DNA of 64,000 bases from Podarcis filfolensis (lineage: Eukaryota), in the NCBI GenBank assembly GCA_964270895.1, contig OZ185440.1, one strand, 5' to 3'. The stretch's first letter is position 1. Every line of letters begins with the position of its first letter. The position numbers were made by a program, and so were the translations under genes. Shown here piece after piece: positions 24,346 to 37,320 of the stretch. The notes beneath the pieces were generated by a model. The model was not told the origin of the DNA and did no database searches. It was given only the letters and a program-made list of their open reading frames with translations.

Positions 24346-24468
24346 TAAGGTTACCAGATTTTTTCCAATGAATCTGGGGACACTTTTCAACTTCAATGGA
24401 TTTTGTGTGGGGACTGATTTGTAAATCCAGGGACTGACCCCGGGAAATGGGGACGTCTGTTAACCTTA
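24346..24468. mobile_element. 123-bp hAT-type MITE (same family as 19707-19829, opposite orientation)
   Basis: TIR taaggttaccaga / tctgttaacctta, perfect 8-bp TSD ttctagcc. Confidence 0.9.
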
Positions 24469-24514
24469 TTCTAGCCACTTCCCTTCATGTGATTTGAAGA
24501 ACACACTTTTATAC

Positions 24515-24660
24515 AAAATCCTGGGAACGGTAGCTTGTTAAGTGTGCTGGGAACTGTAGCTATGTGGTGAACAAACTATAGTTCCCAGGATTCTTTGGGG
24601 GGAGCCATGACTATCAAGGTGGTATAAGAGTGCTTTAAATGTATGGTGTGGATATGACCT
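24515..24660. mobile_element. Degraded MITE-like repeat
   Basis: ctgggaactgtag...tagttcccaggattctttggggg..agccatgact...gctttaaatgtat shared with 34398-34580. Confidence 0.65.
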
Positions 24661-26183
24661 AAGTCAGACTCAGAGAGGAACCAGGGAATTCAAGTGACTT
24701 AAGCTCCATTATTTTATTTATCAAAATTTATACACCCCTTACACAAGCTAAAGTCTTATAAGAGGCCACAGAACAATTCCACTTTCCCCATCACAAGCGG
24801 GCATATCTACAGCATTTCTCCACAAGGTCGCATGGCAGTAAGCATCTATCCTGCTTTCACCCCGATTTGCTTGGATGAAAGTTACACATCTTAATCATTT
24901 ATCCATCGCTTAGTGCAAAATGTCATTTTAAACTGCATTTCTAGCTGCAAAATGTCATTTTTAAAAAGTTGATTTGTTGCACCAGAGCACTTTAATTGGC
25001 TTTAATTGCACAAACCGATAGCTCTGGAATGCAATTAAATCCCTCCTGCAAAATACTGGCAATCTAGAAGTGAGCAAAGACTCTTTGCCACCTATAGCTA
25101 GCTTGTCCCCAGTCAGCAACTTAGCCACACAGTTACACAAGTTGTATATAATTGAAAAGGAAGGTTATTCCTTTCTGGTGCCAGGTGTCTGAAAATCATA
25201 GCTTCTACCTACTTAGAGCAAATATCACCATGCGATCCGACGTCTTAAATGATTTATCTGTGCAAGCCATAAGCAAATAGCATGCATGGTTCAAAGGAGC
25301 CTGGACTTGGACTCAGGATGGGCGACATCTGTTATTATTGTCTCAAATACTGGCTTGCTTCATCAAGAATAATTCTTTTCTCTTTGTGATACAAATGTGC
25401 ACACATATTTTGCTGCAAATGTGATACACATTTGTGAGTACGTGCAAGACCTGATCAGTTTCACCTTCTACATTTAATCTTGGAATTGCTTTTGCAGGAA
25501 GAGATGGCCGGTACTTTGTTGCCTTGTTACTCAAAGTGTATATCATGTGCCAATTATGACATAATAGAGAAAGTTATCCTGTTTATAAACAACAGCACTG
25601 TAGCATTAGAAAAACACAAAAAACTTCTCTGTTACTTTGCTTCGGCTATTTGGGTTTTTACTTTCATTAAAATGAGGCCGCAAAGATGTGAGAGGCATTG
25701 GGGAAGTGCCCTTTGTCCCCAGTCCAACGAGCTCAGCTTCACATTTCGTTCACAAAAGTTGATTGAATTTGATTTTCACTTTTGTTTTTCATGCTTGCAC
25801 AATAATATCCCAAAAAAGCCCACATCCACTTATTTGTATTGTGCATGAAGCTACACTTTTTAGAACTGAGTGGATGGAGACATCAGATGGTGGAGCTAAT
25901 CCAGGCATTGTTCTGTAGTTCATACATTCACTTGAATTAACTGCTCACAAATCTGGTGATTGTCTTTCAAACTGAAAGAAAGCTTTCTTCTCATATCCCG
26001 TGCTGCTGTCTCCATTTTCACAAATTCAAAAACGCCGTTATAATAAAAGAGTAGAAAGCCGTCTTGTGGTTGGGGAAAATCAGGTAGCTTTTCACCAATT
26101 CCATGTTGGACAACCACAGATCCTTGGCAGATGTTCCCTTGAAAGGAGTCACCACATTATCACAAATCCCACAGTCCCCACAG

Positions 26184-26308
26184 CAGGCATGAGGAATCAG
26201 TGGCTCCAGGTGTTGTTGGATACCAGTTCCCCACATCCCTGGCCATGCTGGCTGAGGCTGCTGAGAGAGTGCAACAATATCTAGAGGGCCACAGGTTCCC
26301 CATGCCTG
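26184..26308. mobile_element. Palindromic hAT-type MITE
   Basis: TIR caggcatgaggaa / ttccccatgcctg, 8-bp TSD ccccacag/ccctacag. Confidence 0.8.
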
Positions 26309-28711
26309 CCCTACAGGGTTAAGTCGTCATCTGCTTAAATCATGACCATTTTGGTTCAAGCAAGAATCTGAAAAATACTATGATGGAGATAATTGTGTGG
26401 ATACAGGGTAACAACTGCAATTGTGAGACCACTGTGAAACATCCAGGACTTTTCTAAAAAAAAAAAAAAATATTACTGCATATTTTATTAAAGCTGGTGC
26501 TGCTTGTATTCAAATGTGTTGTGGTCTCTATACCAAAGCTGAAAAATGCCATTTGCAAATATTGGCAGATATATTATCTGAGCAATGTAAAGGTTTTGCA
26601 TTTCTTGGTGAAAAAGAAAAAAGATTCTCAGCCAATCCCCAGTGGTTTAGGAATTCTTAGCAGATTACAAATATTTATTTTCCAGTGTTGGAAATAGAAT
26701 AAAGTGTGGGAGAGATATGCATAGGTTTCCATCAAACAAAACCAGGATTAATCTAAAGCCTAGGGCACCATTCACAAACTAGTCCCCGAACACATACTCC
26801 GTTCAGATGAATGGGAAGCTAGTCTGTCTGTGCATCTCCCATTCACTTGGATCGCACACAGGGGAACCTCGTAGATTTTATACTCCATGGTCAGCTTGCA
26901 TTTTTAATCTTTAGTATCATTTATCACAAGAAATTGAGGTCTGATAGATGAAATGACTAATAAATGAATTGAAATGGGCTCTTTCTGATCTGCTGTGCCA
27001 GACTTTCTGAGTCAGCCTTTGCTTTCTTTGATTGACAGGATGTGCTGCTTCCGCAAAGCTGATTCAGTGATCCATTGGGAAAGGCAGCAAGAAGAAGGGA
27101 AAGTCAAAATAAAGTTACAGCCCCAAATTTCCAGCTGAGAAAACAGGCTGGCCAGTACTGCCGCAGGGATGATTGTGCTATGCTTGCTATTCTTAGATGA
27201 CTCTGGAGAAGATGTTGCAGGAGGCAGAGATTTCATATCCAGGGTGGCAAAACAGCTGGACTTCAAGAACTGGTGAAGCTCCATGAGCCCATTTAACAAT
27301 GGAGAGGGAAATACCTATTTAAAAACTGTGATGTTTAGGGGTTTTTATATGAACAATTGTTCTTGGTACAGCAAAGCCTAACTCCAAACCAAATCAATAC
27401 ATTAATTTGAAGACACTAGTAATGGAAATTTAACCCTATCATGGATGCAAAGTTGCACCAAACGGGTAGAAATGTTATCCTTTTGAAACATTTTGGGCTT
27501 CATTTTGTGCTGCAAATGTTTGGTTCAATCATAAACTTAAGTTAGCAACAATTAAATTGTCTGTTGATATGAACATGATATAATCCCCATACTACATCCT
27601 TCTGTATAGGAGAAATCAGCATTATAAACTTTAATATTCATGGATAGTGGTGTTCCACTACTGATTGGGTGAGTGGGGAATGTGGTACAAAGACAAATTA
27701 AATCAAACCTCCTGGTGGAAGGCAACCTCCACATCATCGGCTCAGCATCTTTTTGTGAAAATATTGTATTTGCTGAAAATGTGTAACTCTCAAGTGCTCT
27801 TCTGTTGGGCTGATTTATGTCTTGTCTCCGATTATGTGAATTTTCAAAAATAGAGCTGTGACTGCCATGCAAAAAAAAAAAAAAATAATGCCCAAGAGTT
27901 AAATGCAGAACGAGGATGAACTATTGCTGCATTTGCTAAAACTGACAATATAATGTATGCCACATAATTCATAATTGGTGTCATTTCCTTACTAATACAT
28001 GTGCTGTACAACAGGTATTTGCCTTGCCTTGGGAGAAAAAAAACATGCTATGATTTATTGCAGAGGAAAAGAAGTTTATACTTTCTCTTATTTTGCGTAG
28101 GCCTTCTTCCATATGTGTAATGTTTCACCTGGTGGAATATACTGCACAGGAGGTGGCTGTTTATATCAAATGTGCCTGGGCAGTTAGCGATGAACGGCTG
28201 GTACTTCTTACTCCAAATTAGATTCCCACCCCCACCCCCTTTTTTGCTTAGTTGATCTTGCTTTATTTGTGTAAATTGTTCAGTGGACCTTAAAGGAGCC
28301 TGTTTTTGTACTAATTTACAGTTTGAGTCACAAATCAATTAAGTCAAAGTAGTAGTGTTCAAACAAATTTATTCTGATTTAAGTCAGCACGGCAAGCTCA
28401 GCAACCCAGTGGTTCCCCTACACTGGCAGCCTGCTCATTTCAGCATTAACATGGGCATAGTTGGGTTGTGACTCTACACACTTCCAGCCGCCAAGCTGCG
28501 TACAGAAAGACAGCATTGCAGACCAGAGATAATATAACAAGAACAACCATGGCTCCATCTGTATTCGTGGCTACACCACCAAGACACACTATCATGAAGC
28601 AGCATGCCAATGATGACACTCCTGTGCGTGGAAGGTTCTAGTCTCCACATCACAAGAGGAAAGTATTTCCATGACCTTGACCTATCTCACCAATACAACA
28701 CCAGATGATGA

Positions 28712-29357
28712 TGTTAGAATTCCTGCTCCATGATTGCAGTCATGGGATTTTTGTCTATCACAAGATGGTGCATGTTTTGACACCACAAAGTCGGAAGTGA
28801 CGGAGACAGGATGTTTGTGTTTTTGTGTTCTGTGAAGTGGGACTGTTGTCCTTTGTTCAGTCTTTTTGCTGTCTGATGCTAGAGAGAGAGGGAGCCATGT
28901 TGCAGTGCTCCGTGTGTGTTTATATGTAAACAAAGTAGATTAGCCAAAATGCTGAGTTGCTGAGGTCTGTCACGAAACTGCGAACTCTGCAAATCCCTAA
29001 GTGTGCTGATGTCTGTTGGCATCTGGCGCTGTGATGTTCAGGCAGAAGAATGCTTTTGAAGCTCCTGATAGACCAGGAGGGAAAGAACATGCCAGTCGGG
29101 AATGTTAAGAGATTAGGATTTGCTGGATTAACAATTTGAACTAGAAAACAAGAAGGGGAGGTATGAGGAAGTCAAAGAAACATGTTATTGAAAAATTGAT
29201 ATTGAAATTGATTTGTTTTTAATATTTTTCTTTTTCTTTTTGTGTTTGTATAAAATTGGAAAAATTGAATAAATATTTATATATATAAAAAAGAACATGC
29301 CAGTCGGGCATGTGTCTCTGCCAGGGTCATACTCGAGAGTAGGATGAGCTCCTGACA
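28712..29357 (+). mobile_element. Probable solo LTR interrupted by a LINE tail
   Basis: Termini TGTTAGAA...TCCTGACA. TSD not convincing (gatga/gttgt), so the left boundary is approximate. Confidence 0.55.
29101..29289 (+). mobile_element. 5'-truncated L1/Tx1-like LINE 3' end
   Basis: Perfect 19-bp TSD aaagaacatgccagtcggg (29082-29100, 29290-29308). T-rich UTR, AATAAA and an A-rich end. Confidence 0.85.
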
Positions 29358-29699
29358 GTTGTGGGGCAGATGCACCTACCTGACATCCCGGCAGGTGACC
29401 TGCTGCTTCTTCCCAGGAGGGTGAGAGATGTGGTGGCAGCCAAGCCAGGCCAGAACTTCAGCTGGCACATCTACATCCTGCATGCTGCCTCTTTCCTCTT
29501 CCTCCTAGTAAGCAGCAGCGACTCACCTGCAGAGATGTCAGATAAGTGCCACCCCCCTCTAAGAGGCCTTGTGCTGCTGCCTGCTACAAGAACAGTGCAC
29601 TGCCATCAACAGTGTTATCAACCTTTTAATTTCCCATCGTAACTGGCATTGCTCAGGTTATTGTGTTTTCCTTGAACCTGCTGACCACACCCTATGTCC

Positions 29700-30060
29700 T
29701 AGCCCTGTGCTGCCAGCTTGGGCAGAGCTCAATGGAGGGAGAAGCCAGCCAGCTGAGTCTCAGGGGGGATACTTGCCTGGAGGCAGAGTCTGTATACAAG
29801 GTCCAGTCCAGTGCTAAGGTCAGGAGTATCCCAGTTCATGTAGTCAGACAATCTGGGGGTCAAAAAAGCTGAGGTCCAAGGTCACAAGAAGCAGCAAGGG
29901 CTGGTTAGGAATGACAAATGTTGTTTTCAGCAACAGACTGAGGCTGGAAACCCTGCTTAAGAAAGCTGGAACCAGCTGGTTCTCATCAGGAGCAAGAAGG
30001 CTGATCAGCAGCAGGTGGAGTCACTTCACCTTCTGCTCCTTCAGGCTGCTGTTCAGCAGG
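29700..30060. mobile_element. Possible degraded LTR fragment
   Basis: Repeated gtcc-aggtc motifs reminiscent of gypsy LTRs. Termini not defined. Confidence 0.3.
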
Positions 30061-33000
30061 TGAAGCCAACTGCTGGCCCATGACTCCCTAGTTGGTCACT
30101 CTAAGGGTCAGTCTCATCATAATAGTGAGAAATCAAAGGGAGTTGGTACCCTTGCTCCTAGGATTCCTCTAAGGGATGACCCAAATGCAAGAATGCCTTT
30201 TGTCTCTCCTCTCCTTTTATGGGCAGCTACCAAGATCTAAGGGATCTTCCTCAGGCTTCTCACAGCCATGTTGTGGTCAGCAATCAATCAGCTGCACTTT
30301 GCACAGTCAGTTTCCTAAGGCCTCAGAGCTGCACCATTTCAAACAGATTAGTCAAGGGGTTCCAATTTTTATAGGTAATTTAAAAGAGGCTAACCTCTTC
30401 CCTTTACTTTCAGCAAACACCCTGCCTGTATTCTCCAACTCTGATGTTTTCTATCTGAATGGCACAAAATCTGTGGGCATATTTTACTAATTCAGAACAC
30501 ACCAGACTTGTCAAGTTTCATGGAGATTCAGCAATGGGTCCCCATTTTATATGCAGTTAGAAAAGGATGACAGCTTACCGTTGCTTTATGTTTCAGATTG
30601 GGTCATTTTCACATCTTGTCACTTTCAGAGCCTTCCAAGATCCCCAATTTGCTCTGAATTTTCCCTGCATGTATCAATTTTAAAAGTCTCAGAGACTTTT
30701 TGCAGACATTGAGCTAATTCAGGGGCTTCAGACTGGGCCATTTTCATGTCACTTTCAGAGCAGTCGAAGATCACCATTTCCCTGCAGGACATTCCCTGAA
30801 TGTATCAATTTGTTCCAATCTGCGAGGCAATGTAATGCAATGCCTCTTGTCAGTTTTAAGGAATCCTTTTTATGAGAAATGGACCAGCAAAAGAAAACAA
30901 GATGACTCTCATTCATTTCCCCATTTGTTTCTATAAGAAAAGAGAGAAATGAACAGGGTTGCATTTATTTCATATTTATTCATTTTAGAATTCCTGTCCA
31001 TGGCTGTGTCCTTGATCCTGTAGAAACTTTGCTTTTCATGTTTGTTTCCCATCCGAGAGGTATGGGCAGGTAAATCAAGGTAGATTCTTAAGTGGAGTGG
31101 GTGGGGACTTGAAAATGCACAAGGCAGGAAACACAAGACAGGAAACTCGCTCAGTTATTCCCAGCAGTGTGTTGGTCTGAAGCCTTGCAAATCTATGAGA
31201 AGAGATGTAGGATTCCCCCCTCCCTCTATTACATATTCATACATTAATCATGAGCCTCTTTGGAATCTTGCCACAAGCCACTGGACCCTGCTGGGAAAAT
31301 ACGGGAAAAGGAAGAGAAGGGGCCATTATATTTTTCATGCCAGCTCTTGATGAGAAGTTAACAGCAAAACTACAAGCTAGCAACCCAGATTTCTTAGGGT
31401 GAAATCCATGACATGAGACATGTTGTGAAACGTTTGCCAGCTCAGTTCTGGCACCTAGTTACGCCTTCCTCTAGGATATTTAAAAGATTGTTGCTTTTCC
31501 ATGTTGCATGGAACTACATATGCTTTAATTAAGACACTATGTCTTCAGCATAATGAAAGATCTATAGAATGGATAAGCCAAGGGAGGCACCATCCATATC
31601 GACATAGTACATGAAATTAAATGAGATGTGCAGAGAGTGACTGGGTGAGCCAAATTCCTTCCCTCTCCCCCTTTCCTGGACCAACTCATTAAGTTTCCAT
31701 GAATGAAGATGCCAATAGATGGTTTGGATGGCAATGTTATGCTGGGATGGTCAATCCCTGAAGCAGTCAAGGAGGCAGGCAAAAGAACAAATGCTTATAA
31801 CTGCACGGAGTGACTTAAAGGGGAGGGAAATTGGTGTCAATGCTGTTTGATTTATTTGTTACATTCTAGAAAGAATAAATGAGAGGCATCAGATGCACAG
31901 AAAAAGTGAGACTACAGGAAAGTAGAGGATTGGTTTGATGAAAGAATGATGGAGGGAGCCCCTGTATCTCTTGATTTCTCATAAGAGAAATAATGATAAG
32001 GACCAAAACACATCAGGTTATTAAAGTTCACCTACAACTCTTTTTAAAACAAAAAATGGGTGTGTGGGGTGGAGGACGTGAACAGGATCACAACAGGTTG
32101 GGAGGACGTGTTTAATCTTTCCCCACATGCTGTGAGTCTCCACTCCACAAGCTTCTATTTGCATTGCACCGCTGCCAAAAGTAGCTTTCCTTAGAAGGCA
32201 AAAAGCACCTCTGGAGAGGCAGATTTTTCATTGTGATTTTGGCACAAGAGGAAAGGACAGGTCTCTCCCTCCATGCTTATCATGGACAAATCCCCATCAA
32301 GGAACAACATATCTTTTTTATATTCTTTAAAACCAGTCATATGAAATGCAATAATACATTTAATTCAATGTGTAATTTAACGCTAAAGGCTAAAATTTAC
32401 CTATGTAACCTCAGGCACAGGACACAGCAAAATCACTATGATTCATATTACTTAACTTTATCATGTATTAATAGGCATGAATAGGTGCATTTAGCTTAAG
32501 AGAATTAGTATTTGCATTAATAATAACTTAGATGGACTGAATATCTTCCTCCAAAGTATAGTGGGTGCATGCTTTTTCTATCATCACCCTTTGATGACTA
32601 TGTTCATTTAAATAAAAAATCTTACAAGAGCTTCAGCAAAACTTGATTGACAGTGAACCAGTCACATAAGTGGTAAATAGTTAATTTGTAATTAGCATTG
32701 GTATTTGATGTGTTCATCTCTTCCTCATGCAGAGTGCAAGACCCTGCAAATTGTTGTGAATGTTAAGTCATTTTGTGATAGCTACTGACAAATATAAACA
32801 TATTCACACCCAAGCAGTCAAGCAGTTTTCATAGATCCCTCATCTAAACTGTAGCATGACCTCCTCTATAGCATGACCTCCTCTGGCACATTTTAACTCC
32901 AATTTCCCATGGCAATTGACAAGTACGTCTGTGCAGCAGGTGGGTTGGATGCCACACACTTCAGAGCGACTCAAGTCTAGATTTCTGAATTGCAAGCATC

Positions 33001-33522
33001 CAAAGTTGGCAGCCCTTAGAAGAAGCCTGGATTCTCCAGTCAGAATTAACGATGCAGATTTGACTAAATGTGTGCAACTTCACAGAGTTACACACAATCG
33101 TAACTCTACAACTCTATGATTGTACAGGGAGGTTTTCAGAATTCAATCCACAGAGAAAGCAAAGATGTGATTTTTCTGAGACAGAAAGACAGGAGTATTC
33201 GAGCTGGCGGAAGAGGCAAGCTCTAAAATCCATTATAAACATGATAGACCCCAGTAGAGAGAAAGATGAAATGAGCATACAAGCCGATCAAATCAATATT
33301 TATTGCACTTATTTTGCGATCCTCGTCTTGTGGCTTTTCAAACTTGGAAGGAAATAAATGCAAGTATTATTTAAATATCTCCTATGGACAAATATTTAAG
33401 AAAATGAAACCATTCCTTGGCTTGCATTCAGAGTACTTCCTGTGAGCATGACTCCACTCACAGGATACTCACTCTGGAAAATGGGGACAGTGACTTTTGT
33501 TCATTCTTCCTTCCTCCTGCAG

Positions 33523-33621
33523 TGCTCAGAGCCAGTGACAGCCTCCACCAGATCTCAGCCCCTTCTGTTTGTGGAAGAGACACCTTGGATCCAACACCTC
33601 ATCTGGAATATTCAAGATGAG
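33523..33621 (+). other. Candidate plus-strand exon (99 bp)
   Basis: ttcattcttccttcctcctgcag|TGC...GAG|gtacgt. Phase-0 frame is open (CSEPVTASTRSQPLLFVEETPWIQHLIWNIQDE); no protein recognised. Confidence 0.25.
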
Positions 33622-34397
33622 GTACGTGGCAAGCTACTCGTTCTTTAAAGGGACAGTGTGTGAGGTTAGGTTAGAAGAAGAGAGAAGCATCCGTTTTTCC
33701 TGTCAAAAGAATATAGGCTTTGCTCTTTGCTTTGGTCTAGTCTTCTGTCTGAAACACAGCCCTCTTTCCGTTGCTGGATTCCTCTTTCCAGGATGGAATT
33801 GACCAATATGTGTTGGTTGCCCTGGCACCTGCTCCTTCCCAGCAGTTGTAAATCTTCCTGCAGGTCCCATGGCTCTCCAGGAGAAGGAAAAGGAGTGGGC
33901 TGGAGGAGGAGAGAGGGGGAAAAACAAAAAAAGAAATTTTATTGGCCTGGACTTGCAGGTTTGGAAGGGTCAGAAATATGTGCTCCGTCCAAAGAAAACT
34001 TAGCCTAGCTCTGCATTCCTAATAACTCCTGCTGGAAGGGCTCTTTCACTGCGAACACCCTGCTGAGGTCTCCAAGATTTAACCTATAGAAACCCTCCCA
34101 AGATCTCAGGTTTTTCCTTCTTCTTCTTCTTTTTCACTCACTTGCCTGGTCAGCACTTGCCAAGCATAAGAAATGAAGACAGATGGGAGAAGAAAGCCAC
34201 TGGCAGTTTTGGACCAGGGCCCAATTAAGACATTAATACTAAAGACTTTGGTCTTGGTTCTCAAGCATCCCTTCATATAATACTTCCCAAGGGGCAAGTA
34301 TTCCTCCCCAATCATTGAGTTGCTTTTAATATGAAGAATGAGGACTTGCATAGGTTAGCAGTTTATGTATTTCTAAGCAGAGTGCACTTTTCGCTAA

Positions 34398-34580
34398 GGT
34401 CACATCATACCATATATCTAAAGCACATGATTTCTTCCAAAAATCCAGAGAACTGTAGTTTGTTAAGAGTGCTGGGAATTGGAGCTCTGTTAGGTGTTGA
34501 CTACAGTTCCCATGATTCTTTGGGGGGGAGCCATAACTATTAAAGTAGTATAGATGAGCTTTAAATGTATAGTCTGGGTG
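34398..34580. mobile_element. Degraded MITE-like repeat (family of 24515-24660)
   Basis: gaactgtagtttgttaagagtgctggga...ctacagttccc. Confidence 0.65.
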
Positions 34581-37320
34581 GTGTGGTCAACTGGATGAAT
34601 GATTACCTCTTCACATTGCGTGGGTCTGGGGTGGAACTTTCTAGACTCCCGTGTTCCTGCTTTCATACAGCCATCAAGAGTTTTGCACAGATCTTGGCTT
34701 CTTGATATTATTTGCTGTCATATTTATTTTAAGAAAGCAAGTTTCTAGTTCTCACGGCTAAGAATAATGGTTTGGAAGGTGTAGGACATGTCTTGGTGAA
34801 ATGACAGAGACCAGATAGGGTCTTACGACAGGATTTCCAGTAATCAAATAGATAATTTCTATGCCTTTATCTCTCTATCTCTCTATCATCTATCTGGAGT
34901 TAGGATGTCTTCCAGACTCGCTTCCATAAAAATATTACAAAATCATAATTACATTGTTGCACACACCCCAATTGCTGAGTGGAGAGAGACTTCAGAGGTG
35001 TCAGCATTTACCTCTTAGTTTCATTTCCTTGAAATGAAGGTCACTGGAGACCATGGTTTCTTTATGATATATGGTTTTATTGACACATATTTACAACCTG
35101 AGCATAAGATTGAAGGGCTCACAGCAGTAGCAGTCCAACAGGTCTTGCTCCCTAATTCCACTCCCCTAGCTACAGACAGGATAAAACTAAGGCTAGCCCC
35201 CAACTATTGCTCTCATACCTCTAGGATGATGTGGCCTCCTGTCAGGTTAGTGGGGAAGGCCTGCCCCTCCTCCTGGAGGCATCACAAACTAGTTATTTCT
35301 ATGGCAACATGGCCAACAAGGCCAAATCATGTGAAAAGGATGTCATTGGCAGGTAGAGCCAGGGGCAAAAGTGAGCAGAGTAATGAATATAAACTTGACC
35401 TTTAGTAATGAATATAAACTTGACCTTTGTACCATAGGGCAATTTCTGCATACACTCATACATCTCTCTCCATCCTCCATCTAGGCATCAGAGTTCAAGC
35501 TAAGACAAAACATTCAAGGTGGGTTCAAAGCAGAGCCAGTGAAGGGTGTGGCCTGAGGTGCCCCGCACCTGCCATTCACTTACAGGAATAGCAAATGTTA
35601 GGACAAGTAGGTAGCAGCTCTCAGGCCCATGAAGGTGGTGGGTCAGAGGGGTGGGTAGACATAGACTTCAGACAGCTCTAAGGGATGGCAACTTGCTCCA
35701 ATAAAAGGTAGATTCAAAGTGAAACCAAGAATGCTGGTATAAACCTGGACCTACATCCTGCCATTCATTGGTGAGGAGTGACTCTATCAAGGACCCCATT
35801 TGGACCTTTGGTGTTTTGTTGGCAGGTCCTCTGGCATCTCAAGCAAGGAGACCTGGGTGAACAGGGTGCCAGGGTGATTGATGGGATCCCCAGTTGTGGA
35901 CTAGAATGCTGACAGTCATTTTAGTATCAGTATTTAGTATTACCTGGTGAGTAAAAATTATTCATGAATAAGTAGCAACCTGTGAGATCAACATTGCTGT
36001 CGGAAACGGCATAAAACAAATGAACAAACAATGCTTCGATATTTCCTTATATCACATTCCCTTAAATCATGAAGGCCCCAAGTGTTCATCCGTGCACATT
36101 TATTTCCATAAAAAGCAGGAAGTCTGAATGTTTCAAATGCCTACTTTTGTCAAGGGAAGGACGACTATAAAGATCCCTGTTTTATAATTGTGCAAGAGAC
36201 TGCCAAGAGTTGGTTCCAGAATCTTTGGATTAAATGTGTTTTAACAGGGAAATAAAGACCACCCAAACTTTACCAATTTTGACTAAGAATACACTAACTA
36301 AAAATAAATAAATCCCTTGCTTCCTTCCATTGGGTCACTTTAGGCCTAGGTGGACATTTAGAATAGGCCTTCCACTGAGCACAGAGTGCTACATGCTCAC
36401 TATTAGTTGCACAGACAGTGTAATCTATACTGATCTTGCTGCTTATTCTTAGTAAGAGACCCTGAGGTATGCCTGAATCCTGGAGAAAGCCTTACAAGGG
36501 GTTCATATGCTTCTTAAGCTTTGGACTTGAAAAGAAAATTTTTTGTTTAATCAGCAAAGGGATGATTAATCAGTCAAGGACACTCATTGGGCGAGAGTGC
36601 TTAATGAAAGAATAAAGATGCTTAATGAAAGTTGTAGAGTCCAGCCAATTCCACCCCACCCCCGCCTGATTGAAAGTCAGGTGTTCAAAACAATTCCCAC
36701 TTGGGTGGGGGGAGGTATATAGAGAGGGAGCTTATTTCTCTTTTATGAGTCAACTTCTCCAGTAAGTCTAAAAGTCTAAACACTTTCCTTCTTTGTTGGA
36801 GGTACAGCAAACAACAAAAAGAGAGAGACACATCTTTTAAAATGCAAGATGTCTCATAGGATAAAGTCTTTTTGAGTCGATAATTCCTCTTTTCATCACC
36901 AGATTCCAGCAAAAGAAGTGGTTTAGAATTTGATCTGAAGTTTACCCATCAAGATACTTCCTGGAGTTAAATGTATTAGTGAATCAGGACTATTAATGAT
37001 AGGCTTGTACTTTGCTCAACTGTTTTTGTATTCTTTCATCTCAGACCACCACTTATTACTGGGCAACTGAAACCACATGTATCAAGAGCACAGTTGAAAC
37101 AGTTCTGAATTGTCTTCTTTTGATGCATATTTAATTTAACCAGCTTCTATTATTCTTCTCAAGGAAGCAGCTTAAATTTTGAAAAATCTGAATACTTCGC
37201 TTTGAATCTTTCCAAGAGTTTTCCCATGAAAACATACAAGAGGAAATGGTGGCCACTACAAAAGAATGGTTGTAATAGGAGTTGTTGTTAGCTTGAAGTA
37301 AAGGGGAAGGTGCAATTTCA

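Noticed and set aside
31160-31185. gtgtgttggtctgaagc resembling the Penelope-like start
   Set aside because: Similarity ends after ~17 bp.
35590-35800. tgttagga...aataaa, possible LTR
   Set aside because: No matching right terminus or TSD found.
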